64,000 nucleotides of DNA from Heterodontus francisci (Eukaryota), in the NCBI RefSeq assembly GCF_036365525.1, contig NC_090412.1, positions 6,924,123-6,988,122 on the forward strand, read 5' to 3'. Position numbers and translations under genes: made by a program. Below, piece after piece: positions 45,213-58,059 of the stretch (positions are counted from its first letter, which is position 1; each line of letters starts with the position of its first letter). The notes beneath the pieces were generated by a model. The model saw nothing but the letters and a program-made list of their open reading frames with translations. It was not told where the DNA came from and did not search any database.

Positions 45213-48200
45213 GGGGGGGGGGGGGAGGAGGAGGAGAAGGGGGGGGGGGAGGAGGAGAAGGGGGGGGGGGGAGGAGAAGGGGGGGGGGGGAGGAGAAGGG
45301 GGGGGGGGAGGAGAAGGGGGGGGGGGAGGAGAAGGGGGGGGGGGGGAGGAGAAGGGGGGGGGGGAGGAGAAGGGGGGGGGGAGGAGAAGGGGGGGGGGGA
45401 GGAGAAGGGGGGGGGGAGGAGAAGGGGGGGGGAGGAGAAGGGGGGGGGAGGAGAAGGGGGGGGGAGGAAGGGGGGGGGAGGAAGGGGGGGGGGAGGAGAA
45501 GGGGGGGGGAGGAGAAGGGGGGGGGGGAGGAGAAGGGGGGGGGGAGGAGAAGGGGGGGAGGAGAAGGGGGGGGAGGAGAAGGGGGGGAGGAGAAGGGGGG
45601 GGAGGAGAAGGGGGGGAGAAGAAGGGGGGGGAGAAGAAGGGGGGGGAGAAGAAGGGGGGGGAGAAGAAGGGGGGGGAGAAGAAGGGGGGGAGAAGAAGGG
45701 GGGGGAGAAGAAGGGGGGGGAGAAGAAGGGGGGGGAGAAGAAGGGGGGGGAGAAGAAGGGGGGGGAGAAGAAGGGGGGGGAGAAGAAGGGGGGGGAGAAG
45801 AAGGGGGGGGAGAAGAAGGGGGGGAGAAGAAGGGGGGGAGAAGAAGGGGGGGAGAAGAAGGGGGGGAGAAGAAGGGGGGGGAGAAGAAGGGGGGGAGAAG
45901 AAGGGGGGGGAGAAGAAGGGGGGGGAGAAGAAGGGGGGGGAGAAGAAGGGGGGGGAGAAGAAGGGGGGGGAGAAGAAGGGGGGGGAGAAGAAGGGGGGGG
46001 AGAAGAAGGGGGGGGAGAAGAAGGGGGGGGAGAAGAAGGGGGGGGAGAAGAAGGGGGGGAGAAGAAGGGGGGGAGAAGAAGGGGGGGGAGAAGAAGGGGG
46101 GGGGAGAAGAAGGGGGGGGAGAAGAAGGGGGGGGGAGAAGAAGGGGGGGGAGAAGAAGGGGGGGGGAGAAGAAGGGGGGGGGAGAAGAAGGGGGGGGAGA
46201 AGAAGGGGGGGGGAGAAGAAGGGGGGGAGAGAAGGGGGGGGGAGAAGAAGGGGGGGGAGAAGAAGGGGGGGGGAGAAGAAGGGGGGGGAGAAGAAGGGGG
46301 GGGGAGAAGAAGGGGGGGGGAGAAGAAGGGGGGGGGAGAAGAAGGGGGGGGAGAAGAAGGGGGGGGGAGAAGAAGGGGGGGGAGAAGAAGGGGGGGGAGA
46401 AGAAGGGGGGGGAGAAGAAGGGGGGGGAGAAGAAGGGGGGGGAGAAGAAGGGGGGGGGAGAAGAAGGGGGGGGAGAAGAAGGGGGGGGGAGAAGAAGGGG
46501 GGGGGAGAAGAAGGGGGGGGAGAAGAAGGGGGGGGGAGAAGAAGGGGGGGGGAGAAGAAGGGGGGGGGAGAGAAGGGGGGGGGAGAAGAAGGGGGGGGGA
46601 GAAGAAGGGGGGGGAGAAGAAGGGGGGGGGAGAGAAGAAGGGGGGGGGAGAAGAAGGGGGGGGGAGAAGAAGGGGGGGGGAGAAGAAGGGGGGGGGAGAA
46701 GAAGGGGGGGGAGAAGAAGGGGGGGGGAGAAGAAGAGGGGGGGGAGAAGAAGGGGGGGGAGAAGAAGGGGGGGGGAGAAGAAGGGGGGGGGAGAAGAAGG
46801 GGGGGGAGAGAAGAAGGGTGGGGGGAGAAGAAGGGGGGGGAGAAGAAGGGGGGGGAGAAGAAGGGGGGGGGAGAAGAAGGGGGGGGGAGAGAAGAGGGGG
46901 GGGAGAAGAAGGGGGGGAGGAGAAGAAGGGGGGGGAGAGAAGAAGGGGGGGGAGAAGAAGGGGGGGGGAGAAGAAGGGGGGGGAGAAGAAGGGGGGGGGA
47001 GAAGAAGGGGGGGGGAGAAGAAGGGGGGGGGAGAAGAAGGGGGGGGAGAAGAAGGGGGGGGGAGAAGAAGGGGGGGGGAGAAGAAGGGGGGGGGAGAAGA
47101 AGGGGGGGGGAGAAGAAGGGGGGGGGAGAAGAAGGGGGGGGAGAAGAAGGGGGGGGGAGAAGAAGGGGGGGGAGAAGAAGGGGGGGGGAGAGAAGAAGGG
47201 GGGGGAGAAGAAGGGAGAGAGGGGGGGAGAAGAAGGGGGGGGAGAAGAAGAGGGGGGGGAGAGAAGAAGGGGGGGGAGAGAAGAAGGGGGGGGGAGAAGA
47301 AGGGGGGGGGAGAAGAAGGGGGGGGAGAAGAAGGGGGGGGGAGAAGAAGGGGGGGGGAGAAGAAGGGGGGGGGAGAAGAAGGGGGGGGGGAGAAGAAGGG
47401 GGGGGAGAAGAAGGGGGGGGGAGAAGAAGGGGGGGGAGAAGAAGGGGGGGGGAGAAGAAGGGGGGGGAGAAGAAGGGGGGGGAGAAGAAGGGGGGGGGAG
47501 AAGAAGGGGGGGGGAGAAGAAGGGGGGGGGAGAAGAAGGGGGGGGAGAAGAAGGGGGGGGGAGAAGAAGGGGGGGGGAGAAGAAGGGGGGGGGAGAAGCA
47601 GGGGGGGGGAGAAGAAGGGGGGGGAGAAGAAGGGGGGGGGAGAAGAAGGGGGGGGGAGAAGAAGGGGGGGGGAGAAGAAGGGGGGGGGAGAAGAAGGGGG
47701 GGGGAGAAGAAGGGGGGGGGAGAAGAAGGGGGGGGAAGAAGAAGGGGGGGGGAGAAGAAGGGGGGGGGAGAAGAAGGGGGGGGGAGAAGAAGGGGGGGGA
47801 GAAGAAGGGGGGGGGAGAAGAAGGGGGGGGGAGAAGAAGGGGGGGGAGAAGAAGGGGGGGAGGGAGAAGAAGGGGGGGGAGAAGAAGGGGGGGGAGAAGA
47901 AGGGGGGGGGAGAAGAAGGGGGGGGGAGAAGAAGGGGGGGGGAGAAGAAGGGGGGGGGAGAAGAGGGGGGGGGAGAAGAAGGGGGGGGAGAAGAAGGGGG
48001 GGGAGAAGAAGGAGGGGGGGAGAAGAAGGGGGGGGAGAAGAAGGGGGGGGGAGAAGAAGGGGGGGGAGAAGAAGGGGGGGGAGAAGAAGGGGGGGGAGAA
48101 GAAGGGGGGGGGAGAAGAAGGGGGGGAGAGAAGGGGGGAGAAGAAGGGGGGGAGAAGAAGGGAGGGGGGAGAAGAAGGGGGGGGAGAAGAAGGGGGGGGG

Positions 48201-50208
48201 AGAAGAAGGGGGGGGGAGAAGAAGGGGGGGGGAGAAGAAGGGGGGGGAGAAGAAGGGGGGGGGAGAAGAAGGGGGGGGAGAAGAAGGGGGGGGGAGAAGA
48301 AGGGGGGGGAGAAGAAGGGGGGGGAGAAGAAGGGGGGGGAGAAGAAGGGGGGGGGAGAAGAAGGGGGGGGGAGAAGAAGGGGGGGGAGAAGAAGGGGGGG
48401 GAGAAGAAGGGGGGGGGAGAAGAAGGGGGGGGAGAAGAAGGGGGGGGGAGAAGAAGGGGGGGGAAGAAGAAGGGGGGGGGAGAAGAAGGGGGGGGAGAAG
48501 AAGGGGGGGGAGAAGAAGGGGGGGGAGAAGAAGGGGGGGGGAGAAGAAGGGGGGGGGAGAAGAAGGGGGGGGGAGAAGAAGGGGGGGGAGAAGAAGGGGG
48601 GGGGAGAAGAAGGGGGGGGGAGAAGAAGGGGGGGGGAGAAGAAGGGGGGGGAGAAGAAGGGGGGGGAGAAGAAGGGGGGGGAGAAGAAAGGGGGGGGAGA
48701 AGAAGGGGAGAGAAGAAGGGGGGGGAGAAGAAGGGGGAGAAGGGGGGAGAAGAAGGGGGGGGAGAGAAGAAGGGGGGGGAGAAGAAGGGGGGGGAGAAGA
48801 AGGGGGGGGGAGAAGAAGGGGGGGGGAGAAGAAGGGGGGGGGAGAAGAAGGGGGGGGAGAAGAAGGGGGGGGAGAAGAAGGGGGGGGGAGAAGAAGGGGG
48901 GGGAGAAGAAGGGGGGGGGAGAAGAAGGGGGGGGGAGAGAAGGGGGGGGGAGAAGAAGGGGGGGGGAGAAGAAGGGGGGGGGAGAAGAAGGGGGGGGGAG
49001 AAGAAGGGGGGGGAGAAGAAGGGGGGGGAGAAGAAGGGGGGGGAGAAGAAGGGGGAGAAGAAGGGGGGGGAGAAGAAGGGGGGGGAGAAGAAGGGGGGGG
49101 AGAAGAAGGGGGGGGAGAAGAAGGGGGGGGAGAAGAAGGGGGGGGAGAAGAAGGGGGGGGGAGAAGAAGGGGGGGGAGAAGAAGGGGGGGGAGAAGAAGG
49201 GGGGGGGGAGAAGAAGGGGGGGGGAGAGAAGGGGGGGGAGAAGAAGGGGGGGGAGAAGAAGGGGGGGGGAGAAGAAGGGGGGGGGAGAAGAAGGGGGGGG
49301 GAGAAGAAGGGGGGGGAGAAGAAGGGGGGGAGAAGAAGGGGGGGGGAGAAGAAGGGGGGGGGAGAAGAAGGGGGGGGGAGAAGAAGGGGGGGAGAGAAGA
49401 AGGGGGGGGAGAAGAAGGGGGGGGAGAAGAAGGGGGGGGGAGAAGAAGGGGGGGGGAGAAGAAGGGGGGGGGAGAAGAAGGGGGGGGGAGAAGAAGGGGG
49501 GGGAGAAGAAGGGGGGGGGAGAAGAAGGGGGGGGAGAAGAAGGGGGGGGGAGAAGAAGGGGGGGGAGAAGAAGGGGGGGGAGAAGAAGGGGGGGGAGAAG
49601 AAGGGGGGGGAGAAGAAGGGGGGGGGAGAAAGAAGGGGGGGGGAGAAGAAGGGGGGGGAGAAGAAGGGGGGGGAGAAGAAGGGGGGGGGAGAAGAAGGGG
49701 GGGGGAGAAGAAGGGGGGGGAGAAGAAGGGGGGGGGAGAAGAAGGGGGGGGGAGAAGAAGGGGGGGAGAAGAAGGGGGGGGGAGAAGAAGGGGGGGGGAG
49801 AAGAAGGGGGGGGAGAAGAAGGGGGGGGAGAAGAAGGGGGGGGGAGAAGAAGGGGGGGGAGAAGAAGGGGGGGGAGAAGAAGGGGGGGGAGAAGAAGGGG
49901 GGGGAGAAGAAGGGGGGGAGAAGAAGGGGGGGAGAAGAAGGGGGGGAGAAGAAGGGGGGGGAGAAGAAGGGGGGGAGAAGACGGGGGGAGAAGAAGGGTG
50001 GGAGAAGAAGGGGGGGAGAAGAAGGGGGGGGAGAAGAAGGGGGGGGAGAAGAAGGGGGGAGAAGAAGGGGGGGGGAGAGAAGGGGGGGGAGAAGAAGGGG
50101 GGGGAGAAGAAGGGGGGGGAGAAGAAGGGGGGGGAGGGAGAAGAAGGGGGGGAGAAGAAGGGGAGAAGAAGGGGGGGAGAAGAAGGGGGGGGAGAAGGGG
50201 GGAAGGAG
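45213..50208 (+). repeat. About 5 kb polypurine tandem array, unit approximately G(6-10)AGAAGAA (about 15 bp)
   Basis: Directly visible; only four pyrimidines seen (46819, 47599, 49982, 49999). Confidence 0.98.
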
Positions 50209-50808
50209 TAAAGGTACAGAGAAGAGTGAATTTTAAAACTCTACCTACTTAACCTCACGACTTAGTGCTATCAACCTATTAAGTAATTGGAGACCTTGAT
50301 TTTTCGGGTGTGATTCTTAGAATAAAACCTGTACAAAGTAAAGGGTCTCTCCCAGTATGAAGGTATCCCAGCTGACTAGTCCTGCCATCACAACTTAATC
50401 CCTGAAGCAGGACCTCAGTCCCAAAGAGTCAACCTGAAACAGACTCTCCAAATACTGCCAGACCTACTGAGTATTTCCAAAATTGCCTTTTTAAAAACTG
50501 TTAAACAGCTCACTTGAAAGATCAGATCCTCTAATGCAAGATCAGCCCATAGTGTTCGGAGGCTTGGCCTCAACAGTATCCAGCCCAAACTCTACAAACA
50601 GCTCAAGCCCTTGGGGATGTCATCTACCTAACAGCATCCATCCCAATAATACAATTCTGGGATTATTTTGCAAAATATAGAATATCCTACATAAACTTCC
50701 CAGCAAAGAGATGGGGAACACATCACATTCCATTCCTTGTCACCACAGAGGCATGCACCAGGTTAAATTTACATGACCCATTTCAGCCAATGCTCAGACC
50801 CTCTGGTA

Positions 50809-50821
50809 NNNNNNNNNNNNN
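50809..50821. other. Assembly gap of 13 N
   Basis: Run of 13 n; the sequence after it restarts in the middle of the CR1 at the position equivalent to 27550. Confidence 0.99.
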
Positions 50822-51926
50822 TGCAGAAAATACGGAAGTATGGGGTTGAAGGTGATTTAGAGCTTTGGATCAGAAATTGGCTAGCTGAAAGAAGACAGAG
50901 GGTGGTGGTTGATGGCAAATGTTCATCCTGGAGTTTAGTTACTAGTGGTGTACCGCAAGGTTCTGTTTTGGGGCCACTTCTGTTTGTCATTTTTATAAAT
51001 GACCTGGATGAGGGTGTAGAAGGGTGGGTTAGTAAATTTGCGGATGACACGAAGGTCGGTGGAGTTGTGGATAGTGTCGAAGGGTGTTGTAGGGTACAGA
51101 GGGACATAGATAGGCTGCAGAGCTGGGCTGAGAGATGGCAAATGGAGTTTAATGCGGAGAAGTGTGAGGTGATTCACTTTGGAAGGAGTAACAGCAATGC
51201 AGAGTACTGGGCTAATGGGAAGATTCTTGGTAGTGTAGATGAGCAGAGAGATCTTGGTGTCCAGGTACATAAATCCCTGAAAGTTGCTACCCAGGTTAAT
51301 AGGGCTGTTAAGAAGGCATATGGTGTGTTAGCTTTTATTAGTAGGGGGATCGAGTTTCGGAGCCACGAGGTCATGATGCAGCTGTACAAAACTCTGGTGA
51401 GGCCGCACCTTGAGTATTGCGTGCAGTTCTGGTCACCGCATTATAGGAAGGATGTGGAAGCTTTGGAAAGGGTGCAGAGGAGATTTACTAGGATGTTGCC
51501 TGGTATGGAGGGAAGGTCTTACATGGAAAGGCTGAGGGACTTGGGGTTGTTTTCGTTAGAGAGAAGGAGGAGGAGAGGTGACTTAATAGAGACATACAAG
51601 ATAATCAGAGGGTTAGATAGGGTGGATAGTGAGAGTCTTTTTCCTCGGATGATGATGGCAAACACGAGGGGACATAGCTTTAAGTTGAGGGGTGAAAGAT
51701 ATAGGACAGATGTCAGAGGTAGTTTCTTTACGCAGAGAGTAGTAGGGGCGTGGAACGCCCTGCCTGCAACAGTAGTAGACTCGCCAACTTTAAGGGCATT
51801 TAACTGGTCATTGGATAGACATATGGATGAAAATGGAATAGTGTAGGTCAGATGGTTTCACAGGTCGGCGCAACATCAAGGGCCGAAGGGCCTGTACTGC
51901 GCTGTAATGTTCTAATTCTAATTCTA
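50822..51926 (+). mobile_element. Young CR1 (second copy of 27550-28648)
   Basis: Same ORF with GVPQGSVLGP and FADD; one extra TTCTAA tail unit. Confidence 0.93.
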
Positions 51927-52394
51927 ATTCTCTACCATAGATGGCTGTGGATGCTCAGTCGAGCATATTCAGGACTGATAGATTTTTGAACATTCGGGGA
52001 ATTAAGGGATTTGGCAATAGGGTGTGGAGTAGCTGTAGATGATCAGTCATGATCTTACTGAATGGTGGAGTAGGCTCGAGGAGCTTTATGGGCACCGCCT
52101 GCTCCTATTTCTTATGTTCTTATGTGCTAGTATGTAACTTTAAGAGAGGCCCACACACATTGAAAATGAGTGGGTTGGAGGTTTCCCACAGAAACGGAGC
52201 TATGTTGCAGAGTACTTGCAACCACGAGTGAATAGTTCTATTAGTAGCATCCTTCTGACTCTGCTTTCAGCCTTGCCACTGAGGCAGCAAGTTGTGGGTT
52301 TAAGCTCCAATGTAATGACTTGAGTACATGGTCTAGACTGATAGCTTAACACATTACTGCAAGATTGTTGCATTGTTTGAGCTGCTCCATGGAT

Positions 52395-52693
52395 TAAAAG
52401 CTGCTCGGGTCTGCAAATGAAACCCGACTTGAGCCCAAAAAAACCACATCCCGACCCAATCCGACCACCGGAATATAATGAGCTTTATCGAAGAGGTTAT
52501 GCTCTACCTTGGAATCGCTCACTGCAGACTAGTGGGGAGTGTTTCCCGCCTTGATGTCCTGGCTGTCACTGTGTCCCACCCGGCCCAACCTGACCCGAGC
52601 TCGAATCCCGGACCGGAAGAAAGACCAGACCCGAACTGAACCCGACACACGTCGACGGATCCCGTTGGGTTCGGGTCGGGTAGCCATGCTCTA
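52395..52693. mobile_element. hAT-like MITE (copy of 29117-29415)
   Basis: No differences seen from the first copy. Confidence 0.7.
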
Positions 52694-54129
52694 CCGCGGG
52701 TGGTCAAATGCCCCAGGTGGAGATGTCCAGGTCAAAATTTATCAACAAACACCCCCAAAACAGATTATCTGGTGATTTATCATATTGCTGTTTGTGGGAT
52801 CTTGCTGTGCACACATTAGCTGCTATGTTTCCTACATTACAACAGTGCCGTGCTTCAAAAAGCACTTCATCAGTTGTGACACCCTTTAGGATGTCCAAAG
52901 GCTGTGAAAAGCAGGATATAACCACAAGTTCTTTCTGTAGCATTTGTTTAAAGTTATCTTTGCAAATGACAAACCAACCCCACCCCCCCCCCCCCCACCC
53001 CCCTGCTATTTCCTGAAGGTGGAAATGGTGGAAACATGCTAAAGATGCAAGGCACAGCTAAAACTGGTTGTTGTGGGAGAGGGACTCTCTCAGTTCTGGT
53101 GGGCTACCACAAATAAAGTGCTTTCATTCGAATGGGGATTGAACAAGTCAAATTCCATTTTGCACATGGACGTTCAAGGGTGTTACCAGTGTTTTGGGAA
53201 TCATTCTCTGGAATCCTGTCCATTTTTCTGTTTTAAAAAAAAACCCAGAGCCCTGGGCTTCTCTTCACAATCCCATCCATATTTCACTCCAAATTTTGGT
53301 TACCAACTCTGGTTGAATGTATTCCTGGAGGTTTATCACATGACCTTATGTCCCACCCCCACATTCCTGTCATTGGTTGTCCAGCATGTCTATCATGGTG
53401 ACCTGTCTTGCCACGCCAAATTGGCTAGCTAACAGACTCTGCATGACTTGATTGGATGATTCTTGACTGTCAATCAAACAACCATTCTTCCCGTCTGCGA
53501 TATTCTTACAATTAGAATCTGTTCAAAGAAAATGGAAAATAAAATTGAAATGATCCTATTTTCTCCAGGGTGTTGCTCCCAGCTGTGTCCTGGCGATTAA
53601 TCTCAACTCCTGGGGAATCCAGGACAATGCTGCAGGATTTGGAATCCTGCTCCAAATGTCTAAATTCAGTTCATGTTCCCCCTCTGCCCGAGTTTGTTAC
53701 ATTTGGTGCTGCACTCCCTTGTTTCACAAAGCCTGGATGCAGTGCTTGCTGCAAAATATACCATTAAGCTAGGCAATGGGTTCATGTACATTAAAAAATC
53801 AAGTGGGTTATTCAAAATTATTATTGAATGCATTGAAGAGGGAGCTAGAGAACACGAGGGAGAAAGGAATTGAAGGTTGGATGGAAGAGGCTTAAACATC
53901 AGCGTTGGATTGAATGACCTGTTTCTGTGCTGCAGACTCGATCTAAATCTGAAACTGAGTTTGAAAAGACTGGAAAATAATTTAAAGCACTGCTGCTCTT
54001 GACCCCAGTTGCTGCCATGTGATGTTAAATGCATTGCTTCCGGGTTAGCAATCAGGGTTTTTTGCAATGGTCCACAACGGTTCCTTGGGATTGTGCTGTG
54101 CTATAAATGCAGAGTGATCGCTGCTGCCC

Positions 54130-55349
54130 ATGATTTCCCCGGAGAGCTGCAGTTGTATTGTCTCTGCAGAGCTGCGGAGCTGCAGCGGCGGGGGCCAAGT
54201 TGCAAGAGAGGAGACGCAGTCCGGGATCCCAGCGCTGTCTCTCGCTCCTGATACTCAATGGGACGAAGCGTGGAGCTGCAGCGGGCTGCTGCTGGATGGC
54301 AAGCGGGGACTCGTTCTCTGCCACGGCCAAATCTTCTTCCCTTTCCTCCAGCAGCGAGAGCAGGATCTGCGCCGCAAGCCATTCCTGCTGCCTGGGGCTT
54401 TCCACAAGGATCTACAGATCCATGTCCAGTTCCCTGCAGCCAACCTTAGGACCAAACCCAATCCTCCTCTGCCTTTAGCTCCCAACCATGCAGGAGCACT
54501 GGATGCTGAAGCAGAACCCCTCAATTCTGACTCGAATCCAAAGTTGCCTTCAGTAGCTCCTGGTCTGGTCAAGCTCCAGAGCTACAGCCAAGCTGAGATG
54601 CTGTTGGTCTTCCCCTGCCCAGAATTTCAAGCTATCTTCCAAACTTTATTCAACAAGTCAGACAAATGGCATTTCTACAGCGAGGACAAGGAACAGGAGC
54701 TGCGGTCTGAGCTGCTGGACTTGGTGTGGTTCGGCTTGCTCCGATGCCCGGGTTGGGCTGATGATGCCCTGGGAGGAGAAAATCTGCAATACGCGAGGAG
54801 TGAGTGTTTGAGGAAAGGACAGCCCCTGTTCAGTTGTGCTTCACCCTTTGCCTCTTTCTGCTCCGAGATCTTCATGAACACACTCAGTAAAGGAATCGTG
54901 AGTAATCTGGCTGGGGAGCGGAACGCAATGATTTTGACAGATGCACGCTGCCTGCCAGGGACTGAAGGAGGTGGCATTTATGTCAAGTCTCAAGATCTGT
55001 ACTATTTAGTTGGTTTAATCGTGGCACCCCTTTGCTGGAAAGCCAATGAGTGGGTTGGACTGACATTGGTGTGTTCTGTGACCTGCATATTTGAGACCGT
55101 TAGAAGGATTTTGGATGGATTTGACAAAAGCTGCAAGAAGGTGTCATTTTGCTCAGTATCTGGTCACCTGCCCCTGACTAACCCAGGGAGGCACAGTTTA
55201 ACTCGGCTGCTTACTGCAGTAGCTCTGCTGGAATGTGATAGAGTGTGGGGATCAGGGGTGATCGTTAGTCCCAGACTGATTCTTACATGTCGACACGTGT
55301 TAGACCAAGCTTCAGCTGTCAGAGTGAAAATACAGTCTGACTCAAACAG
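54130..55349 (+). CDS. TYSND1: TYSND1 coding exon 1 (copy 2, possibly assembly artefact)
   Basis: Same protein as copy 1; one synonymous TTG/CTG difference seen (31435 vs 54715); same donor. Confidence 0.85.
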
Positions 55350-56046
55350 GTGGGAGTCTTCTGTACATGTGGAATTATGGCTTTGGCACGGTGTGTTAGA
55401 ACTCTTGTTACGCCTGAGCATGTAAGACAGCCTTGTACCCTATTCCAGCAATGTGTACATCATCCGAGCTCAGCAGGGTAGCATTCTCACTCTGAGTCAG
55501 GTTGTGCGTTCAAGCCCCTGTTTATGGCTTGAGCATATCAGAGTTCATTTTAAGAGTCCACACATTTGGAAAGGACCCTCAGCAATGGGGAGTACGCGTC
55601 CGAATCTGGGTGTGTGCAGCCCATAAATTCCAACCAGTAATCAGAAAATTAAGGGCAGTATGTGCTTGCATTTTTTATTGTGGGCTGTTTTTCTACAAAA
55701 CAACAGTCATTATACTTCAAAGTAATTCATGAAGCACTTTGGGACAGTTCTAAAATACATGATTATTGTTATATACTTACAACAATTACTTGTATTTATG
55801 TAGCGCCTTTAACATAGTAAAACGTCATAAATATAACAACACCAAGCCACATAAGGAACGACAGCTGACCAAAAGTTTTGCCAAAGAGGTAAGTTTTAAA
55901 CAACATCTTAAAGGAGGAGAGGGGGGGCAGGGAGGCGGAGAGGTTTAAGGAGGGAATTCCAGACCTTAGGGCCCAGGCAGCTGAAAGCATGACTGCCAGT
56001 GGTGGAGCAGTTAAAATTGAGAATGCGCAAGAGGCCAGATTTGAAG

Positions 56047-56910
56047 TTTTTATTCATTCATGGGATGTGGGCGTCACTGGCTAGGCCAGCATTTATTGCC
56101 CATCCCTAATTGCCCTTGAGAAGGTGGTAGTGAGCTGCCTTCTTGAACCGCTGCAGTCCATGTGGGGTAGGTACACCCACAGTGCTGTTAGGAAGGGAGT
56201 TCCAGGATTTTGACCCAGCGACAGTGAAGGAACGGCGATATAGTTCCTAGTCAGGATGATGTGTGACTTGGATGGAAACTTGCAGGTGGTGGTGTTCCCA
56301 TGCATTTGCTGCCCTTGTCCTTCTAGTTGGTAGAGGTCACGGGTTTGGAAGGTGCTGTCTAAGGAGCCTTGGTACGTTGCTGCAGTGCATCTTGTAGATG
56401 GTACACACTGCTGCCAGTGTGCGTCGGTGGTGGAGGGAGTGAATATTTGTCGATGGGGTGACAATCAAGTGGGCTGATTTGTCCTGGATGGTATCGAGCT
56501 TCTTAAGTGTTGTTGGAGCTGCACCCAATCCAGGCAAGTGGAGAGTATTCCATCACACTCCTGACTTGTGCCTTGTAGATGGTGGACAGGCTTTGGGGAG
56601 TCAGGTGGTGAGTTACTCGCCACAGGGTTCCTAGCCTCTGACCTGCTCTTGTACCCAAGGTATTTATATGTCTACTCTAGTTCATTTCTGATCAATGGCA
56701 GCCCCCAGGATGTTGATAGTGGGGGATTCAGCAATGATAATACCATTGAATGTCAAGGGAAGATGGTTAGATTCTCTCTTGTTGGAGACGGTCATTGCCT
56801 GGCACTTGTGTGGCGCGAATGTTACTTGCCACTTATCAGCCCAAGCCTGGATATTGTTCAGGTCTTGCTGCATTTCTACACGGACTGCTTCAGTATCTGA
56901 GGAGTCGTGC
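56047..56910 (-). mobile_element. CR1-clade LINE 3' part (copy of 32767-33630)
   Basis: Same translation MQQDLNNIQAWADKWQVTF. Confidence 0.8.
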
Positions 56911-57928
56911 TGTGGAGATCTTCCAATGCCGGAGGAAGTTGCAGAGATAGCGAGGGCCTTGGAGGAATTTGAAAACGGGGGTGGAAGGTTATCGGGGGTA
57001 GGTGGAAATGTGGAGTAATCAGTTCAGCTGTGAACTTATTGAATGGCGGAGCAGGCCCGAAGGGCCGAGTGGCCTACTCCTAATTCGTATGTAAAATCAA
57101 GGTGTTGCTAGACCAGGAGCCAATGTAGGTCAGCAAGCACAGGAGGGATGGGTGAATAGGACTTGGTGCAAGTTGGAAAATATGGGCAGCAAAACTTTGG
57201 ATGAGCTCAAGTTTATGGAGTCTGGAGGCCATCCCTTAAACAGCTGCAGCTAGCGTGGCACAATTTCTGTGTTGTGGTTAGTCTTTCGGAAACAAATCTT
57301 TCGCAGAGTTAGAGAAACAGGTACCACGAAGCCAGGAATGCTGACTGCTTGCTGGGTTACAGTTTCACAGGCATTGGAATCCCTCTGGTACCTTATCCAA
57401 GTGATCATAAATAACCAGCTAATTAGTATGGAAATGGTTCAATCATATCGTTCGCTTGTCAAAAAAGCTTATAACAAAAGTTATAACAAACATGTATAAA
57501 GTTTCAAAAGTTTATAACATTATTTTTGAGGCTGATATTAAGTTTTTTTTTCCTCCTTGACGTGTTAACTCCTTTCTGGCACTGTGTCCCAAATGGCCAT
57601 CCTTCTTGTGTGAGCTTCAACAGTAAGTATAGCCAGTCCGTGTGAACAACACACTAGCGAGCCCAATCTGATCACCTTGTGCTGGTTTCTAAGTGGGCAT
57701 CAGGAGCAGAACCCCTGGCCAACTCTTCCCATCCTTAATCCACCAACACTGTTGCCAATTATAGCCTCCCTACTGAGGTCAGACAACTTGGCTCAGATCA
57801 GGCTACAACCCCAGAGACTTCTGATCCTTGATTTCTCACCTTTACTGTCCTGCTAGTGATTAGACCAGTAAAGTTGGTACAGGTTGAAAATGTGTTTTCA
57901 TTTAACTCTTCCCTGTGTTTACCTTCAG

Positions 57929-58059
57929 CTGCCTTGTGTTAAAGGGAAGAGTGTTGTTTGCTACAAAGGAGAATTCAGCCTACGATGTTGCAGTGGTGGA
58001 ACTGGAAGACGACCTACCGGCTGTTGAACCACCTGCTATTGCTTCTGGGTTTAGCACAG
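57929..58059 (+). CDS. TYSND1: TYSND1 exon 2 (copy 2)
   Basis: Same sequence and splice sites as 34649-34779. Confidence 0.85.

Noticed and set aside
45121-50252. Three 1100-1700 aa G/E/K/R-rich ORFs
   Set aside because: A purine-only strand cannot contain stop codons, so all three frames are open; unit lengths vary freely with no frame preference
41000-50808. Expected downstream syntenic gene AIFM2
   Set aside because: No AIFM2-like exon recognised; it may lie beyond the window
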